The notes below the pieces were generated by a model. That model was given only the letters and a program-made list of their open reading frames with translations, searched no databases and was not told the DNA's origin. A DNA stretch of 64,000 nucleotides from Escherichia coli (GTDB taxonomy: Bacteria; Pseudomonadota; Gammaproteobacteria; Enterobacterales; Enterobacteriaceae): assembly GCF_011045215.1 (NCBI RefSeq), contig NZ_CP049201.1; one strand, written 5' to 3'. The translations under genes were made by a program, and so were the position numbers. Position 1 is the stretch's first letter. Each line of letters begins with the position of its first letter. This document shows positions 22,820 through 34,558 of the stretch, piece by piece.

Positions 22820-23347
22820 TTATCTCTCCGGCACATCCACAGCAAGCGGGTGCTGCACACGCCACTGGCGCGCCTCTTCACGACTGACCTGTGCACCCCG
22901 GAAATTCATCACCCGCAACCCGGTCTGCTGCCCACGGTGGTACAGCGAACGCCAGCACAGACGGGGAAAAATATCCTGCCGGACAAGACGACTCATATCC
23001 GGGGTATGTCCAAAAGGGGCAATCCAGTCACAGACCCACATCCGGTCGCCGCTGTTCCAGTCCGACTGAGGCATGAGAATTGCCGGCTGCGTAAGATAAC
23101 GCGCCTCTGCCTCCGGGCTGAGCCAGGCCTGGCTCATGAAGAAAACCGGTCGCCCCTGCTCTGTTGCCACCACATACTGTCGGTGCTTAATCACCGGCAG
23201 CAGCAGGTCCGGCAGGGTATGCAGTGGCGCATCACGATGCAGGGGGGAGTGCATCCACAACCAGACGGCCGCCCCCAGAACTTCCGCCTCATTGACCGGC
23301 TCACCGGAATACAGGGGACTCAGAACGTCATATTTCCCGTTACGCAT
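22820..23347 (-). CDS. cdiC: CdiC, HlyC-family toxin-activating lysine acyltransferase
   Basis: 175 aa; VWLWMHSPLHR and SGDRMWVCDWIAPFGH match HlyC/CyaC acyltransferase motifs; sits between cdiB and cdiA. Confidence 0.85.
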   Translation of the reverse strand: MRNGKYDVLSPLYSGEPVNEAEVLGAAVWLWMHSPLHRDAPLHTLPDLLLPVIKHRQYVVATEQGRPVFFMSQAWLSPEAEARYLTQPAILMPQSDWNSGDRMWVCDWIAPFGHTPDMSRLVRQDIFPRLCWRSLYHRGQQTGLRVMNFRGAQVSREEARQWRVQHPLAVDVPER

Positions 23348-23356
23348 GAAATTTTC

Positions 23357-25096
23357 TCAGAAATCCCGGAACAGATTAAAACCGGCTGTCACATCACTCG
23401 TCATAAAACCCGCCGGTTTTGAAAACGGACGACCGATGAAAACGTCATAATCCGTACTGAACAGTTGCCCCCTCAGCCCCACAACACCACCGGCCAGATG
23501 ACGTCCCACCAGGTATTCACTGCCGGCTCCCCCCACCTCGCCGTAATCCATTCCCAGATATAACGCCTGCTCCGGCAGTGGCGTACGCCAGGCCAGGTCG
23601 TTGCGGATATACCAGCCGTTACTGGCATTCAGCGTTCGCTCCCCGTCAAAACCACGAACCGTCCAGCGGTTACCGATGGCAAACTGTTCCTGTGGGGTCA
23701 GCGGGGTATTGCTCAGCTGGCGCTGATACCGGAAGGAATAACTGAAGGGCTGCCCTGCAAGGGTAAAGGGCAGATTAAAGGATGCATTCAACTGCAGGAT
23801 CTTACTGAGCGCCGTTGCCTCACCGAACGTTTCTTCCGGCGCCGGCTGTGCACCAAACCAGCGGGTTCCCCGTTGCCAGCTGACACCAGCATCCAGTGTG
23901 GCCTGAGAAATATAATGACGGTGCTGCAGCCCAAGTCGCCAGGCCGCTGTCTGCCGGCGCTGCACCTGGATTTCCGTATCATTAATGTAGTTACGCGACC
24001 TGCGGGCCTGAACATCGTAGGTCAGCACCGTTTTCTGCGTCCCGTTACGGTGCAGTACCCGGCTCAGCTGCATACCCAGATTCTGACTCTCGCCACTGTA
24101 CTGGTAATCCTCAACCGCACCAGCTACCGTCTGATGGTAATCGTAATCACTGGCGGTGACGGAAAACTGCCAGTAGCCGAAAGGCACAGAGTAATGGGCC
24201 GTGTAGTTTTTACTGCCCTTACCCCCGTAATGTGGAAAATTACGGGTGGCAGAAACATACAGCAGGTCACTCAGGGAAAAAGGATTATCCAGAGAAAATG
24301 TTATACCACCGAGATAACGCCCTGTGCTGCGGGTACCTGAATCATCAAGCGAAAACCCCAGTCGCCAGTATTTGTCCTGTTTGCGGGTAATAAGAATGTC
24401 ACTTTCCCCTGGCTGCTCACCGGGTACAATTTCCATATCAGCCTGCACACCCGGCAGTCGTTGCATATTCTCCAGCCCCTGCTCAATGTCCCGTAAATCC
24501 AGCAGAGAACCTTCGTGTGCCGGGAATGAGGAATACAACTGAATATAGTCATCACTGTCCGGTGTCAGACGCACATGTCGCACAACACCGGGAATAACAA
24601 CCAGCCGGAGGATACCGCTTTTTAAATCCTGCGAAGGTGCCAGAACACGGGTGGTGACATAACCATGATCGACCAGACGGTTCTGCAATGTACTCATCAG
24701 CAGATTAATTCCTTTCGCCCCCAGGCAATGCCCGACCGCCCCGTTGGCGATTTTTTGTAAAGGCAGCCAGTGTGGTAACGCATCAGCCCCCTCCAGTTCC
24801 GTCTGTTTAATCTGAAAACAGGGCGTTTCAACAGGAAAATTAATCTTACGGGCAAAAGAGCCAGGTGCAGAAAGGCGAACATCAGGGGCTGAAGGCGTCA
24901 GTTGTTGCTCAAGGGCTTCCTGACGCTGCTGCTGAATGATAAATGCATTATCTCCGCTACGCCGGACATCCGCGGCCTGAAGAGATAAAGGCGATAATAA
25001 AACAGACATCAGTGTCAGTGACAGCAAGGACGGACAGCGCCGGAATACGCTTTGTTCCTCAGCCCTCTCGTTCCTGCAACATAATTTTCCAGTCAA
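23357..25096 (-). CDS. cdiB: CdiB, TpsB/ShlB-family outer-membrane transporter
   Basis: 579 aa, signal peptide, POTRA plus beta-barrel, C-terminal aromatic residue; 9 bp upstream of cdiC. Confidence 0.9.
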   Translation of the reverse strand: MTGKLCCRNERAEEQSVFRRCPSLLSLTLMSVLLSPLSLQAADVRRSGDNAFIIQQQRQEALEQQLTPSAPDVRLSAPGSFARKINFPVETPCFQIKQTELEGADALPHWLPLQKIANGAVGHCLGAKGINLLMSTLQNRLVDHGYVTTRVLAPSQDLKSGILRLVVIPGVVRHVRLTPDSDDYIQLYSSFPAHEGSLLDLRDIEQGLENMQRLPGVQADMEIVPGEQPGESDILITRKQDKYWRLGFSLDDSGTRSTGRYLGGITFSLDNPFSLSDLLYVSATRNFPHYGGKGSKNYTAHYSVPFGYWQFSVTASDYDYHQTVAGAVEDYQYSGESQNLGMQLSRVLHRNGTQKTVLTYDVQARRSRNYINDTEIQVQRRQTAAWRLGLQHRHYISQATLDAGVSWQRGTRWFGAQPAPEETFGEATALSKILQLNASFNLPFTLAGQPFSYSFRYQRQLSNTPLTPQEQFAIGNRWTVRGFDGERTLNASNGWYIRNDLAWRTPLPEQALYLGMDYGEVGGAGSEYLVGRHLAGGVVGLRGQLFSTDYDVFIGRPFSKPAGFMTSDVTAGFNLFRDF

Positions 25097-25687
25097 ACGA
25101 AAAACCTTTTATTCATGTCATACCAACAATCACCAGCCTCCTGACGATACCTCCCACCATGTTTTGCGATGGTACGCTACCGCCCTTCCGGTATTTACCC
25201 GCATCAACCGGTACCAGAATGTTGAGTAATAAATTTGTCAACTCTGAATTGGTTTAATTTTGATCATTATAGAATGAAGATCTGAAAATTCTCAATATTG
25301 CAGACATATCGATCGATATGTAGTTATCACGTAGTTATTTATTCCAACTAATATCGCAAAAGCAGCATATTGCAAAACTTATAACCACGGAGAACAAAAA
25401 ACGACAGAAAATTATTCCGTAAGATGCTTCAAATACAGCCAGTCAACACTGAAAAAAGTGATTTTTGATTAAAATCATTGAAGTTTATGCAGTACAGAAT
25501 CTGAGCGGTTCTCAGCGAAAGTCAGAAGAAAGGGAGGTGAGGTAAAAGGCAGAAATCAGAGTGACAGGAATGCACAAAAAGCAAAAAAAAATCAACAAAA
25601 CAATAAATTAACATACCCCGAAAAAGCATCCGCAACGTACCGGGTAATAACAACAATATCGTGTAAAACAACATTGTTCCGGAAGTT

Positions 25688-25879
25688 ATGTCTGAAGATA
25701 TCCCGTTACCCAAAGTCGGTCAGCGATACAGAGACGATCATGGTGCGCTTGTCACCGTAACCAGTGTTGAGGAAACCCGGGTGGTATTTATGCGGGACGG
25801 CTATCCACATCCCTGTATGCGGCCAATGTACAACTTTCCAGGAAAATTCAAACCCGAACCCCGGGAAGAAACAGAATAA
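25688..25879 (+). CDS. hypothetical small protein (63 aa)
   Basis: ORF only; vaguely DUF1653-like pattern. Confidence 0.3.
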   Translation: MSEDIPLPKVGQRYRDDHGALVTVTSVEETRVVFMRDGYPHPCMRPMYNFPGKFKPEPREETE

Positions 25880-25931
25880 AACGAAATTCCTGCCGGCAAT
25901 CACACTGCCTGATGGCAGCATAATCCACTTT

Positions 25932-26165
25932 TTAATTCTCATCCCCGAAGACAAGCCCAGAAAACCACTCCGGGTGTTCACTGTATGCCGTGTTCAGCGC
26001 ATCCCAGGAAACGTTTATATAAAAGCTGTCCTGCAATCTGCGGGTAACAACTTCTGCCAGGCGATTCCGGTTATCCGCCAGTCCGGCATAACCTCTCTCT
26101 GCCAGCCACTCATTCAGTTCATGTTCCAGAGACAGATTGATAATATCGTAATCGGACCTTGCCAT
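25932..26165 (-). CDS. hypothetical small protein (77 aa)
   Basis: ORF only. Confidence 0.3.
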   Translation of the reverse strand: MARSDYDIINLSLEHELNEWLAERGYAGLADNRNRLAEVVTRRLQDSFYINVSWDALNTAYSEHPEWFSGLVFGDEN

Positions 26166-26251
26166 TCCCGTTTCCTTAGCACATGTTTTCAGGCACGGGT
26201 AAAAGTATAAAGAATGTCATACTGCTGCCAGAGCCCCCCCTGATGGTCGTA

Positions 26252-26911
26252 TCAGAGATGGTATGCCGGCACTTTGCGGGTTGTTCCCGTCAGGTTATCG
26301 TGCACCTCCACATTCGTTGTCACTACCGGCATTCCGCTCTGTCTTAATCTCAGGACATCAGCCGCAATACGCTGACTGCCAGACCAGAACAGCCCGTCCA
26401 GTGCGGTCACCAGTAAACCTGCTTCCAGCGCATACTTCAGCCGTTCACGGGACGCTTTCACTTCCCGGGCAACCTGCTGATATGGCAATGATGTGTTTTC
26501 ATTCCCAACCACGCGACGAATACGGTGAGACAGATGATACCGGAATGTATCTGGCACACCCGAAAGGCTGGCCTTCAGGCTGTACACGCAGCCAAAGCGT
26601 TTATCGTTAAACACCACATTTTTCTGGCTGATGCCCCATTCTTCACGCAGCGCGGCAATCAATTGCGGTGTCCGGGTAAGCAGCAAGCGAAAAGGCAGTT
26701 CAAAACTGGTGACGTAATCCACATTCAGCAGTGCAATACGCAGCCGTTCTTCTGGCCCGGCCTCTGTCTGCCGACACTCCTCCAGAACATCCTGCCACTG
26801 CCGGCGAAGACGGAGGGATTCGTTCCGTTCTGTAAAACAGTATTTATCCGCCAGATAGTCAACTCGTGTACGCATACTGAAAAGAATTCCGTATAAAAAT
26901 TCATCTGACAA
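26252..26911 (-). CDS. hypothetical protein (219 aa)
   Basis: ORF only, no recognised motif. Confidence 0.4.
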   Translation of the reverse strand: MSDEFLYGILFSMRTRVDYLADKYCFTERNESLRLRRQWQDVLEECRQTEAGPEERLRIALLNVDYVTSFELPFRLLLTRTPQLIAALREEWGISQKNVVFNDKRFGCVYSLKASLSGVPDTFRYHLSHRIRRVVGNENTSLPYQQVAREVKASRERLKYALEAGLLVTALDGLFWSGSQRIAADVLRLRQSGMPVVTTNVEVHDNLTGTTRKVPAYHL

Positions 26912-27932
26912 AACTTTATCAGTCCATAAAAATCAACGGAAGCACAGATGATTCACTCGTCCATTACCAACGGATTTTGCCAATAACCCTGGCGTTGACA
27001 ACGGGTAACATAAAAGACAAAGACTGAACAACTGTTTTTAACGGCGATACTGCATGATTTCATCGCCATCCGTCACCGTCATATCCACCAGATGAAACAA
27101 CTCTGTGCAGGTTTTATCCGCAATTTCCGGATTATCAAAACACGTCGGTCAGTTCATGTTGTACGGGGACGGGCTGCGCTCCCCATGACAGAACATTATC
27201 GATATCACCAGCATACGTGCCACTCAAAGTGTTACGGCATCGTACGGCGTGGTCATGTTCTTCTCTTTTTCCTGTTCACAATAACCTGCTTAACGGTCAG
27301 AAGGCATTTTCACCAGGATTATATTCACCTGTACAACCATGTTCAGCCATGACCGCTGATAAGTGAACATCCGGAGTATATTATTCTGCCGCTGTTGAAT
27401 TGCCAGTAAGCTCCCGGTCCTTTGCTCCGGCACACTGTTTTTGTTCCTGGCTCTCTGTCTGAGGTGAAACCTTCCAGGTATGTCGCCCCATTTTTGTTCG
27501 TCTCCATTTTTTTAAGAAGTGCTCAAGTGAAAAACTTTTTACCTCTCCGGGAGTTGTCGTATTTGCTGATATTGTTCGTTTGTTTAAAGAACCTGCTGGT
27601 CTTGCCATTAATATTACCTGCTGATTGCTTCACGCCCGGGCTCCTCGCACTGTGCGCGGGTTATTGTTTCGTTTTCAGTCCCGGGGGCGCCAGGACTCTG
27701 TTTGCAGACCATAACGGCCTGACCTGTACTGTTTCTTCGGCTCTTTGATGCCCGTTTACGCCATTTGTTCCCTGCCCCTCTGTCTGATAACGAATACGCT
27801 CACTACGCACAGCACTGAACAATACCGGCAACAGCATGTCTTACATGACATTCGCTGTGCCATCCACCGGAAAACATTTTCAGATACCGGATGAGGTACC
27901 ACTTCCATTAACAGCACGAGGTAACAATACTG

Positions 27933-28409
27933 ATGGTAACGCTGGCCATTAACCGTAAACCGCAGGGTATTTTCAGTAAGTCACCGGCAACGCCGCTGCA
28001 GGATAAAACGAACACAGTACACAACGAGAAGCCTCTTCGGGTGAGGAATCAAACACCATGGCGACATATGACAAAACGCCAGCGCAAAAACCGTAAGCGT
28101 ATAAATCGTCTTGTGGAACTCTGGCCTGAGTTATTCAACCGGGAAAAACCAAAACCGCTTAAAGTGGGGATACCTGACGACCTGATACAGGATATCGCCA
28201 TCAGAAAACTGGCGTTTGGCGCAGGTACATTACGCGCGGCAGTGGCGTCTTATGTGCAGTCTCCGCGCTATTACCGTACGTTAATGGCAGGTGGCGCCCG
28301 TTACGACCTGAAGGGGCAACCGTGCGGAGAGGTGACACCACATGAACAGAAAGAGGCAGAGAGCCGTTTAATGATGCTGAATGACCGACGAAAAGCCAGA
28401 AAGCGCTGA
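27933..28409 (+). CDS. ProQ/FinO-family RNA-binding protein
   Basis: LVELWPELFN...KPLKVGIPDDL...YVQSPRYYRTL...ARYDLKGQPCGEVTPHEQKEAESRL aligns closely with the ProQ N-terminal FinO domain; true start may be an internal Met. Confidence 0.8.
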   Translation: MVTLAINRKPQGIFSKSPATPLQDKTNTVHNEKPLRVRNQTPWRHMTKRQRKNRKRINRLVELWPELFNREKPKPLKVGIPDDLIQDIAIRKLAFGAGTLRAAVASYVQSPRYYRTLMAGGARYDLKGQPCGEVTPHEQKEAESRLMMLNDRRKARKR

Positions 28410-28410
28410 T

Positions 28411-28959
28411 TCACTGAGCTGTAATCAATGTACAGCGCTGTACCGGACGATGGATAATGGCGGTCACAACCGGTAACCCCAGAGACAATGCGACTGTTTT
28501 TAACGCAACATACTGGCCGGATGTATCACCCCGGGCAACCCGAAAACACTTTTCCACCCGGCATTGTCCGCCAGCGCTTATCACCTGCCAGGTCTGTTGT
28601 AGTAAATCCACCAGTTGTGAACATTCTTCATCAACTGTCACACTGGCTCGCGGATGGCAAATGCTCGTCTGGCTGAGCAGCAACAGGCATCGCATTGTTG
28701 CTCCTCCATGTTGTTCCCGCAACCAGCGTAATACCAGCGGCGATGATGGACTGGCCGTGTGATTACGCTCAGTAATACGTTCGTGCACCTGTCGATAAAA
28801 GGAAGTACAGAATGTCTGAACCTGTTGTCCGTTGATGTTTCCTTCAGCCGAATGGAGCGTGAAGTGGACTGCCAGCAGACGCGGCCAGTGGTCCACCGCC
28901 TGCTGAACAAAACGCCGGATGTCTCCCGGCTCTGAAAGTAATACTTCGGTTATTTGCAC
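28411..28959 (-). CDS. hypothetical protein (182 aa)
   Basis: ORF convergent with the ProQ-like gene. Confidence 0.4.
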   Translation of the reverse strand: MQITEVLLSEPGDIRRFVQQAVDHWPRLLAVHFTLHSAEGNINGQQVQTFCTSFYRQVHERITERNHTASPSSPLVLRWLREQHGGATMRCLLLLSQTSICHPRASVTVDEECSQLVDLLQQTWQVISAGGQCRVEKCFRVARGDTSGQYVALKTVALSLGLPVVTAIIHRPVQRCTLITAQ

Positions 28960-29225
28960 GAAATGTTCCTTTTCGAATCCTGTTGAATTTTACTGATCCG
29001 GTACAGACACGCAGGAAAACACGCCTGCACCGGTGTAATGCCAGTTACAAACAATAAGAACGGAAGGACGAATCAGTCAGGAAATGATGACAAACCGTTC
29101 ACTGACCGGAGGATACCACCAGGAAGGTTAACGGGAGAGTAACCGGTACCAGGGACAGGGCCGGGTTCCACAATACCAGCGCCGGCATTTCGCACATTGC
29201 CAGCGTACCGGCATCCCAACACGTT

Positions 29226-29459
29226 TCATGCTGCTGACCCTCGTGATTCTTCGATTCGCTGCTGCATCCACTGCTCCACTTCGCTTTTGTACCAGCGGCT
29301 GCTGCGACCCAGTTTGATGGGTTTAGGAAAATGGCCTTCACTGATCAGCCTGTAAAACCATTTATCGGTCATGCCGGTGAAACTGGTGATGTAGTTCATG
29401 TCGATCAGGGGATCGTCGGCACGCAGCAACACGCTGTCGTGGCTTATTGTGGTCAACAT
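29226..29459 (-). CDS. alpA: AlpA-family phage/island transcriptional regulator
   Basis: ITSFTGMTDKWFYRLISEGHFPKPIKLGRSSRWYKSEVEQWM matches the AlpA HTH core. Confidence 0.7.
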   Translation of the reverse strand: MLTTISHDSVLLRADDPLIDMNYITSFTGMTDKWFYRLISEGHFPKPIKLGRSSRWYKSEVEQWMQQRIEESRGSAA

Positions 29460-29527
29460 GGTCAGAATATCCTCTGTAAGATTTATGAAGGTTGTGCGAA
29501 TGCGGGGAAAGATGCTGAGCCGTGTTT

Positions 29528-30133
29528 TCAGAACGGCCCTGCAGATCCGGGATACCCGGGATTACCGGCGAGGCAACGGGCTTCCGGATCGCACACATCA
29601 CGACGAGCGCGGGCGAAATCACTGAACGCCCAGATAAGGTCTTTAAACAGGGCTTCGCAGTCCGGTGACCGGCGATCCAGTACCACATCCCGGGTGATCT
29701 GCTTCTGGTACGGCTTTGCTTCACCTGGTGACGCGAAGCCCAGCACGTTACTCCAGGCATCCAGAATCAACCGATCCAGCTCAGGGCCATCGAAATACTC
29801 CTGTCTGACGCACAGCACCACGTGGTATTCCGGTTTTTCAGGATGACGGGTCAGGAGCCAGCAGAGGTCACGTCCGGGTGTTGCATTCATCAGCGCACTG
29901 ACGGTTTCGATAAAATCCATACCAAACCAGGTCTTTCTGCTGCTGAAGGTATTGTCATATTCACACGGCAGACGAAGCAGGATCCGCCGTATCCGGGAGC
30001 CGGACTGCTCACGCAGCGCACGCTCAAGGACACCGATAACTTTGCTCTGATAAGATGGCCAGAAAGGTGCCAGGCTATAGTCGAAATAAGGGATAGTATT
30101 CATAAGATATGCTCCGTTATGCGCAGCCCACAA
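29528..30133 (-). CDS. Inovirus Gp2-like / YfjJ-YagK family protein (putative HUH Rep-like)
   Basis: 201 aa; RILLRLPCEYDN and EYHVVLCV (HxH-like) motifs. Confidence 0.45.
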   Translation of the reverse strand: MWAAHNGAYLMNTIPYFDYSLAPFWPSYQSKVIGVLERALREQSGSRIRRILLRLPCEYDNTFSSRKTWFGMDFIETVSALMNATPGRDLCWLLTRHPEKPEYHVVLCVRQEYFDGPELDRLILDAWSNVLGFASPGEAKPYQKQITRDVVLDRRSPDCEALFKDLIWAFSDFARARRDVCDPEARCLAGNPGYPGSAGPF

Positions 30134-30360
30134 TGCGTCCTGCCCATGAATGAGCTGACGTGTTATAGCTTGCGGATGGGGTTGATGGAATAAGTGAAGA
30201 ACCGAAGCAGAACGGAAAGATCAGGTCACCGACAAGGGACAGAACACTGGATATGGTTCAGGGCGAATAATCTCCGTTGACTTCAGTTCACATCATTAAG
30301 CAAGGTGGTAAGGTTTTACCGACGGAATGTTTCCAGGACAGGAAGCTCAGGATTTAAGTT

Positions 30361-30927
30361 TCAGAAGTGAGGCTTACGAGGACGCCCTGCAGCAGGTCGT
30401 TCAGGAACTTCATTGCAGCCGTAGGCGCACAGCCCGTCTTTTTGTTCTTCTTTCGCCAGATAATGCAGGACACCGCGAATATTATCGATGCTCCCGGGAT
30501 CGTTATGACGCACGGGGATGTTGATGTTGTATGTATAATGCGGCTGATATGTACAACGGTGCACCGAACCGCTGTTATGCGTAATAGACCGCCAGCATTC
30601 CGTAATCCGCTCCGCAAAGGGATATACTTTTTTAACCCTCTGACGATCGATCCAGAAAACCGCATGCGCATGAAAACCATGATCAACCGTCCATTCAATC
30701 ACCCAGAAGAAGCCAACCATATTTTCAAATTGTTCCGCCTGCTCCAGCAGCATACGTAACTGTAATTCAAGCCAACGATGATCAGGTTGTAAGAAATCAG
30801 GCGTATCTTTCCTGTAGAAGAAATCCATGCGTAAGGCCCGCAGGCAGGAATAGCGTGCTATCATTTGATTGATGTGATTGTCAAATAAAGCGGTAAAAAA
30901 CCAGTTTGGTGTGTAAGATTTAGGCAT
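30361..30927 (-). CDS. Inovirus Gp2-like / YfjJ-YagK family protein, second paralogue
   Basis: 188 aa; LRMDFFYRKD and HGFHAHAVFW (HUH-like) motifs. Confidence 0.45.
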   Translation of the reverse strand: MPKSYTPNWFFTALFDNHINQMIARYSCLRALRMDFFYRKDTPDFLQPDHRWLELQLRMLLEQAEQFENMVGFFWVIEWTVDHGFHAHAVFWIDRQRVKKVYPFAERITECWRSITHNSGSVHRCTYQPHYTYNINIPVRHNDPGSIDNIRGVLHYLAKEEQKDGLCAYGCNEVPERPAAGRPRKPHF

Positions 30928-32516
30928 GCTGATGACTCCTGAAAGTTAATGACGTTTTAAGTGCTGTAAGCGAATTAATGCTTTCGCTCATAATCAGATC
31001 TAAAACGGTAATAACTTACAGACGGTATTTATCAGGCATGCTGTAACAGAATGGATACGTCGGTTATTAACGACACGCAACGTTGTGCTGAAGGGAATGG
31101 GTCATCTGATGGCATTGACTAAAGAAATGAGATAAACGAGGAGTAAAAAAATACAGATTCAATAAAACACAATGAAACACTGCAAAATACGCAATAAACC
31201 CCCACTACCAGGAGATTAAGAAACATATTACGACCAATAACATCATAAACTACAAACTTGCTCTCAGTGAGTCTGAAAAAACGTGTACAAGGCCAACACA
31301 TATCTGTAACCTGATAAAATCATACACTCTCATTTAATCTGTTAAAAACAACTCATGTTCAAGATATGAACGTTAACGGGTACACGGTACCAGAATGAAA
31401 CATACCATTGATGGATAATTTTCATTTTGTTTAACATAAAAGATAATCAGAAACGAACAGACATAATCAGGAATTCACCCTGTTAATTTCATTGTTTATC
31501 CTGCGCTGTTAAACATGACGGAATCATAGACACCTTATCAAAGAGTAAACATTCAGTTAATCAGTGATGACAGAAGAATTGATGTTCACCAGAATAGTTA
31601 AAACACTTCAGATAAACAATTATTGTTAAACAATGATAACGCATGACGGACAAGATTAAAATCAATTACTGTCTCACTGAACATGAGAACAGATGAATAT
31701 CTGTCAGTAGAATGGTAGAGAATACACCTGAATATCATATGAGTTACAATCGTCATGATTGAGATATGGATGGAGAGGATATTGTTATAATAGTGACAGT
31801 GAAGACTGGAGAAGGACATGAGTGAGTATAACTGGATGAAAATAATAGTAATGGAATGTGTAAAGATAGAGAGGAGAGATGAATGACAAAGATGGATAGA
31901 AAATAAAGAGACAGATATTAATTATAGTAATAAACCTAAATTAAAATTATCCATATCTGATGAGTAAAAATAAGAAATCCTACGTCCTGAATACAAGCCT
32001 AAGAAAAACATTCTCTTACAGAAAAAGATCAAATCGTTTTTCTTCAATCTCCCATTGAAACCTGAACAGCATCTCTTGCCAGTAACAGACTGATAACCAT
32101 TCATTATTCATAATAGAGACCAACATCGTCATATACGCCGGCACTCATCACGACAAGAATCAAAAAAAGTTATATATAAAAACTCACATAATATGGTTAT
32201 ATGATTAGCTTCAGACATGTTAAAAATAGCATTTCTGTTCACTTTCTTTTTATAAAAAACGAAAGCCATTCTTCCACCAGTGCGCACACTCCTGTATTCA
32301 ACCAACTCTGACAGCAGGTCATTATGAAAACAAAATCAAATCACATATATAGTGCATGTGCTGCTACTGTTGCTACCGTAGCGATTTTTTCAGAGAAATT
32401 TTCGTTCATGCCCCATAGATGGTGAACATTTGCACAGATGCGGGATATGCAAAACGCCTTACCACCAACCTTCGAATGAAGGTTGATTTTTTTCGTTTTA
32501 TCTGTGTTAGTTTATT

Positions 32517-34142
32517 TCAAAATAAGCCATGGGTTGAAAAAGGTAACGCAAATGGCGGAATTAATTCCGGTGGAATATTAACGTGATATGTTTTCGCATT
32601 ATGGCTATTCTCGGGTGGAATAATCTCAAATGATTCGTAAGACATTGCGCCAAAAGGAGGGATGCAACCATTATTATAACGAACAGAAACATAAAGTGTC
32701 TGATGCGTTCGCATTCTGATGATACATAAATACCCCTGACAGATTAACTGATTGAGCACAGGTGTAAGTTTTTCTGCTCTTCTCAGACGATTGGGACCAT
32801 ATCTTTCAATGTCTGTTTTCCTGATAGCACACCAGTTATTCTGTCTGATTCGGGTCATAATCCATGTATACAGCTCACGGCTATCCTGTTCAAACTGGCA
32901 TCGTTCAGACATGGGATAAAATATTGTGCTCGCTTCCTCCAGATACCAGTCCATGAGATGCATAGCTTTAAAAAGCGCAATTGATTCAATTTCCTCAGCA
33001 TCTTTATAGCAATAGCAGGTGAATAAACCCGCTATCCTCAGTATATTAGAACCTGCTTTCAGCACAATATCTCTGATGTGTTCCCACTCCCCTCCTGCAA
33101 GCGTTTTTCTTTCAATTTTAATCTGGTTTTCCTGCCACTCTCCCAACGCTTTCTTCGAAAGTTTTAATGTCTTCCTTTCGCTTCTCATTCCGGGGGAATT
33201 AATGCTATGGCTTGACAGAAACCCGTTAATCTTTTTATGAAACTCCACTAGGGTTGGTATTGTTACGAACTCGCCTTTCCTATAATCACGTACCCGGGAA
33301 GAGCCTCCAACCTGACTGTAAAGAAAACGGGAAAGAAATCCGCTTCCCCATGCCAGTACATCATTTTTATTTATATAATCCATAAAAACATTCGGCTGAG
33401 ACATTAATGAAAATGTCAGGCGTGGAGTAATATGATATTTTTCGTCTGCTCTCCCAAAATCAAACGGTTGTCCACTCCATGCTTTATTCAACAGACCCGG
33501 ATTATTTTTCAGATAGCTTCTGAAAAAAGTTACCGCTTCATCAGAAATAATCCCTGCCTCCAGATGTTCGTTGAGTCCTTCCGCAAGCGCTTTAAGCGAA
33601 ACATCTTCATAGATAAAATTCGGTCGAACCGGACGTGTCGGTTTATTTCTTTCGTGATTACGCAGTGCCTCTTCTTCCTGTTCCCCCGGATACCCCCGGT
33701 TAACAGCCTTTCTTAAATTGGCAGCAAGCGCTTTCTGCCGGGTATTCCAGATCTGTAGTTCAGTCTTATAATCTTTGTTTCTCTCTTCGTATTGTTGAAT
33801 GAGTCGATCAGCAAATTCGTAACAGGGGTTCATCACCAGTCTGTTTATCGTTGTTTTTCCCGCGCCTGGCTCTGCGATTGCCAACAGATAAAGTGAGCAG
33901 GGCTCCGGCATGTTGGTGTGAGGATGAACAACGTCAACCAATGACTGACAGGAGAGTGAGAGCGTTGCCAGTACAGTATTAAAAATGAGCTCCAGCGGAA
34001 GTTGGGTACTTTCATATAAGTCGTCAATAAGATATGCAAGCTCACTAGGAAATAATCTGTAGGTTAAATCAGTTGGGAAGTGGTGGGATGTCTGCAAGGA
34101 TTGCACATAATCGGGATTCATTGTAATGGACCTCCTTCGCAT
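32517..34142 (-). CDS. YfjI-like DUF3987 P-loop protein
   Basis: 541 aa; Walker A AEPGAGKTT. Confidence 0.5.
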   Translation of the reverse strand: MRRRSITMNPDYVQSLQTSHHFPTDLTYRLFPSELAYLIDDLYESTQLPLELIFNTVLATLSLSCQSLVDVVHPHTNMPEPCSLYLLAIAEPGAGKTTINRLVMNPCYEFADRLIQQYEERNKDYKTELQIWNTRQKALAANLRKAVNRGYPGEQEEEALRNHERNKPTRPVRPNFIYEDVSLKALAEGLNEHLEAGIISDEAVTFFRSYLKNNPGLLNKAWSGQPFDFGRADEKYHITPRLTFSLMSQPNVFMDYINKNDVLAWGSGFLSRFLYSQVGGSSRVRDYRKGEFVTIPTLVEFHKKINGFLSSHSINSPGMRSERKTLKLSKKALGEWQENQIKIERKTLAGGEWEHIRDIVLKAGSNILRIAGLFTCYCYKDAEEIESIALFKAMHLMDWYLEEASTIFYPMSERCQFEQDSRELYTWIMTRIRQNNWCAIRKTDIERYGPNRLRRAEKLTPVLNQLICQGYLCIIRMRTHQTLYVSVRYNNGCIPPFGAMSYESFEIIPPENSHNAKTYHVNIPPELIPPFALPFSTHGLF

Positions 34143-34558
34143 ACTGTAATCAACGCAAAACTTAACTGTTCAGTTCAGAAACATACCGACATCGTGAGTA
34201 TGTTCGCTAACGTCGATAATAAAATGGCTTGTATCCATTCACCAGTCCCGGCGCATTTATGATGCTGACAAAAGTAAAACAACATGTGTGCACCCAGAAG
34301 TCTGGCATCGCAGCGACAAATGATGGATGCATGAAAAACAGGGAACATTACGCACCAGAGCATTGAGAGTCTTCCCCCGTGCCCAATACGAAAGTCATCT
34401 CAATCCACCAGTCTTCACTCTCTGGGATGGTTGTTTTATGAACAGAGTAAAAGTTTGAAGCAAAGCTGAGAACCTCTGTTTCCACGTAAAGGTCCGCTAT
34501 GAAGAAAAATGGGAGTTTACATGCTCAACTGATTTACCTGTAGCTGCTTGTTACGTGG

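Noticed and set aside
22850-23450. Plus-strand ORFs overlapping cdiC and the cdiB 3' end
   Set aside because: Antisense to genes with strong HlyC and TpsB motifs.
29099-30698. Multiple overlapping ORFs on both strands around the AlpA and Gp2-like genes
   Set aside because: Only the minus-strand frames carry recognisable AlpA and HUH-like motifs; the others are overlapping antisense or out-of-frame readings.
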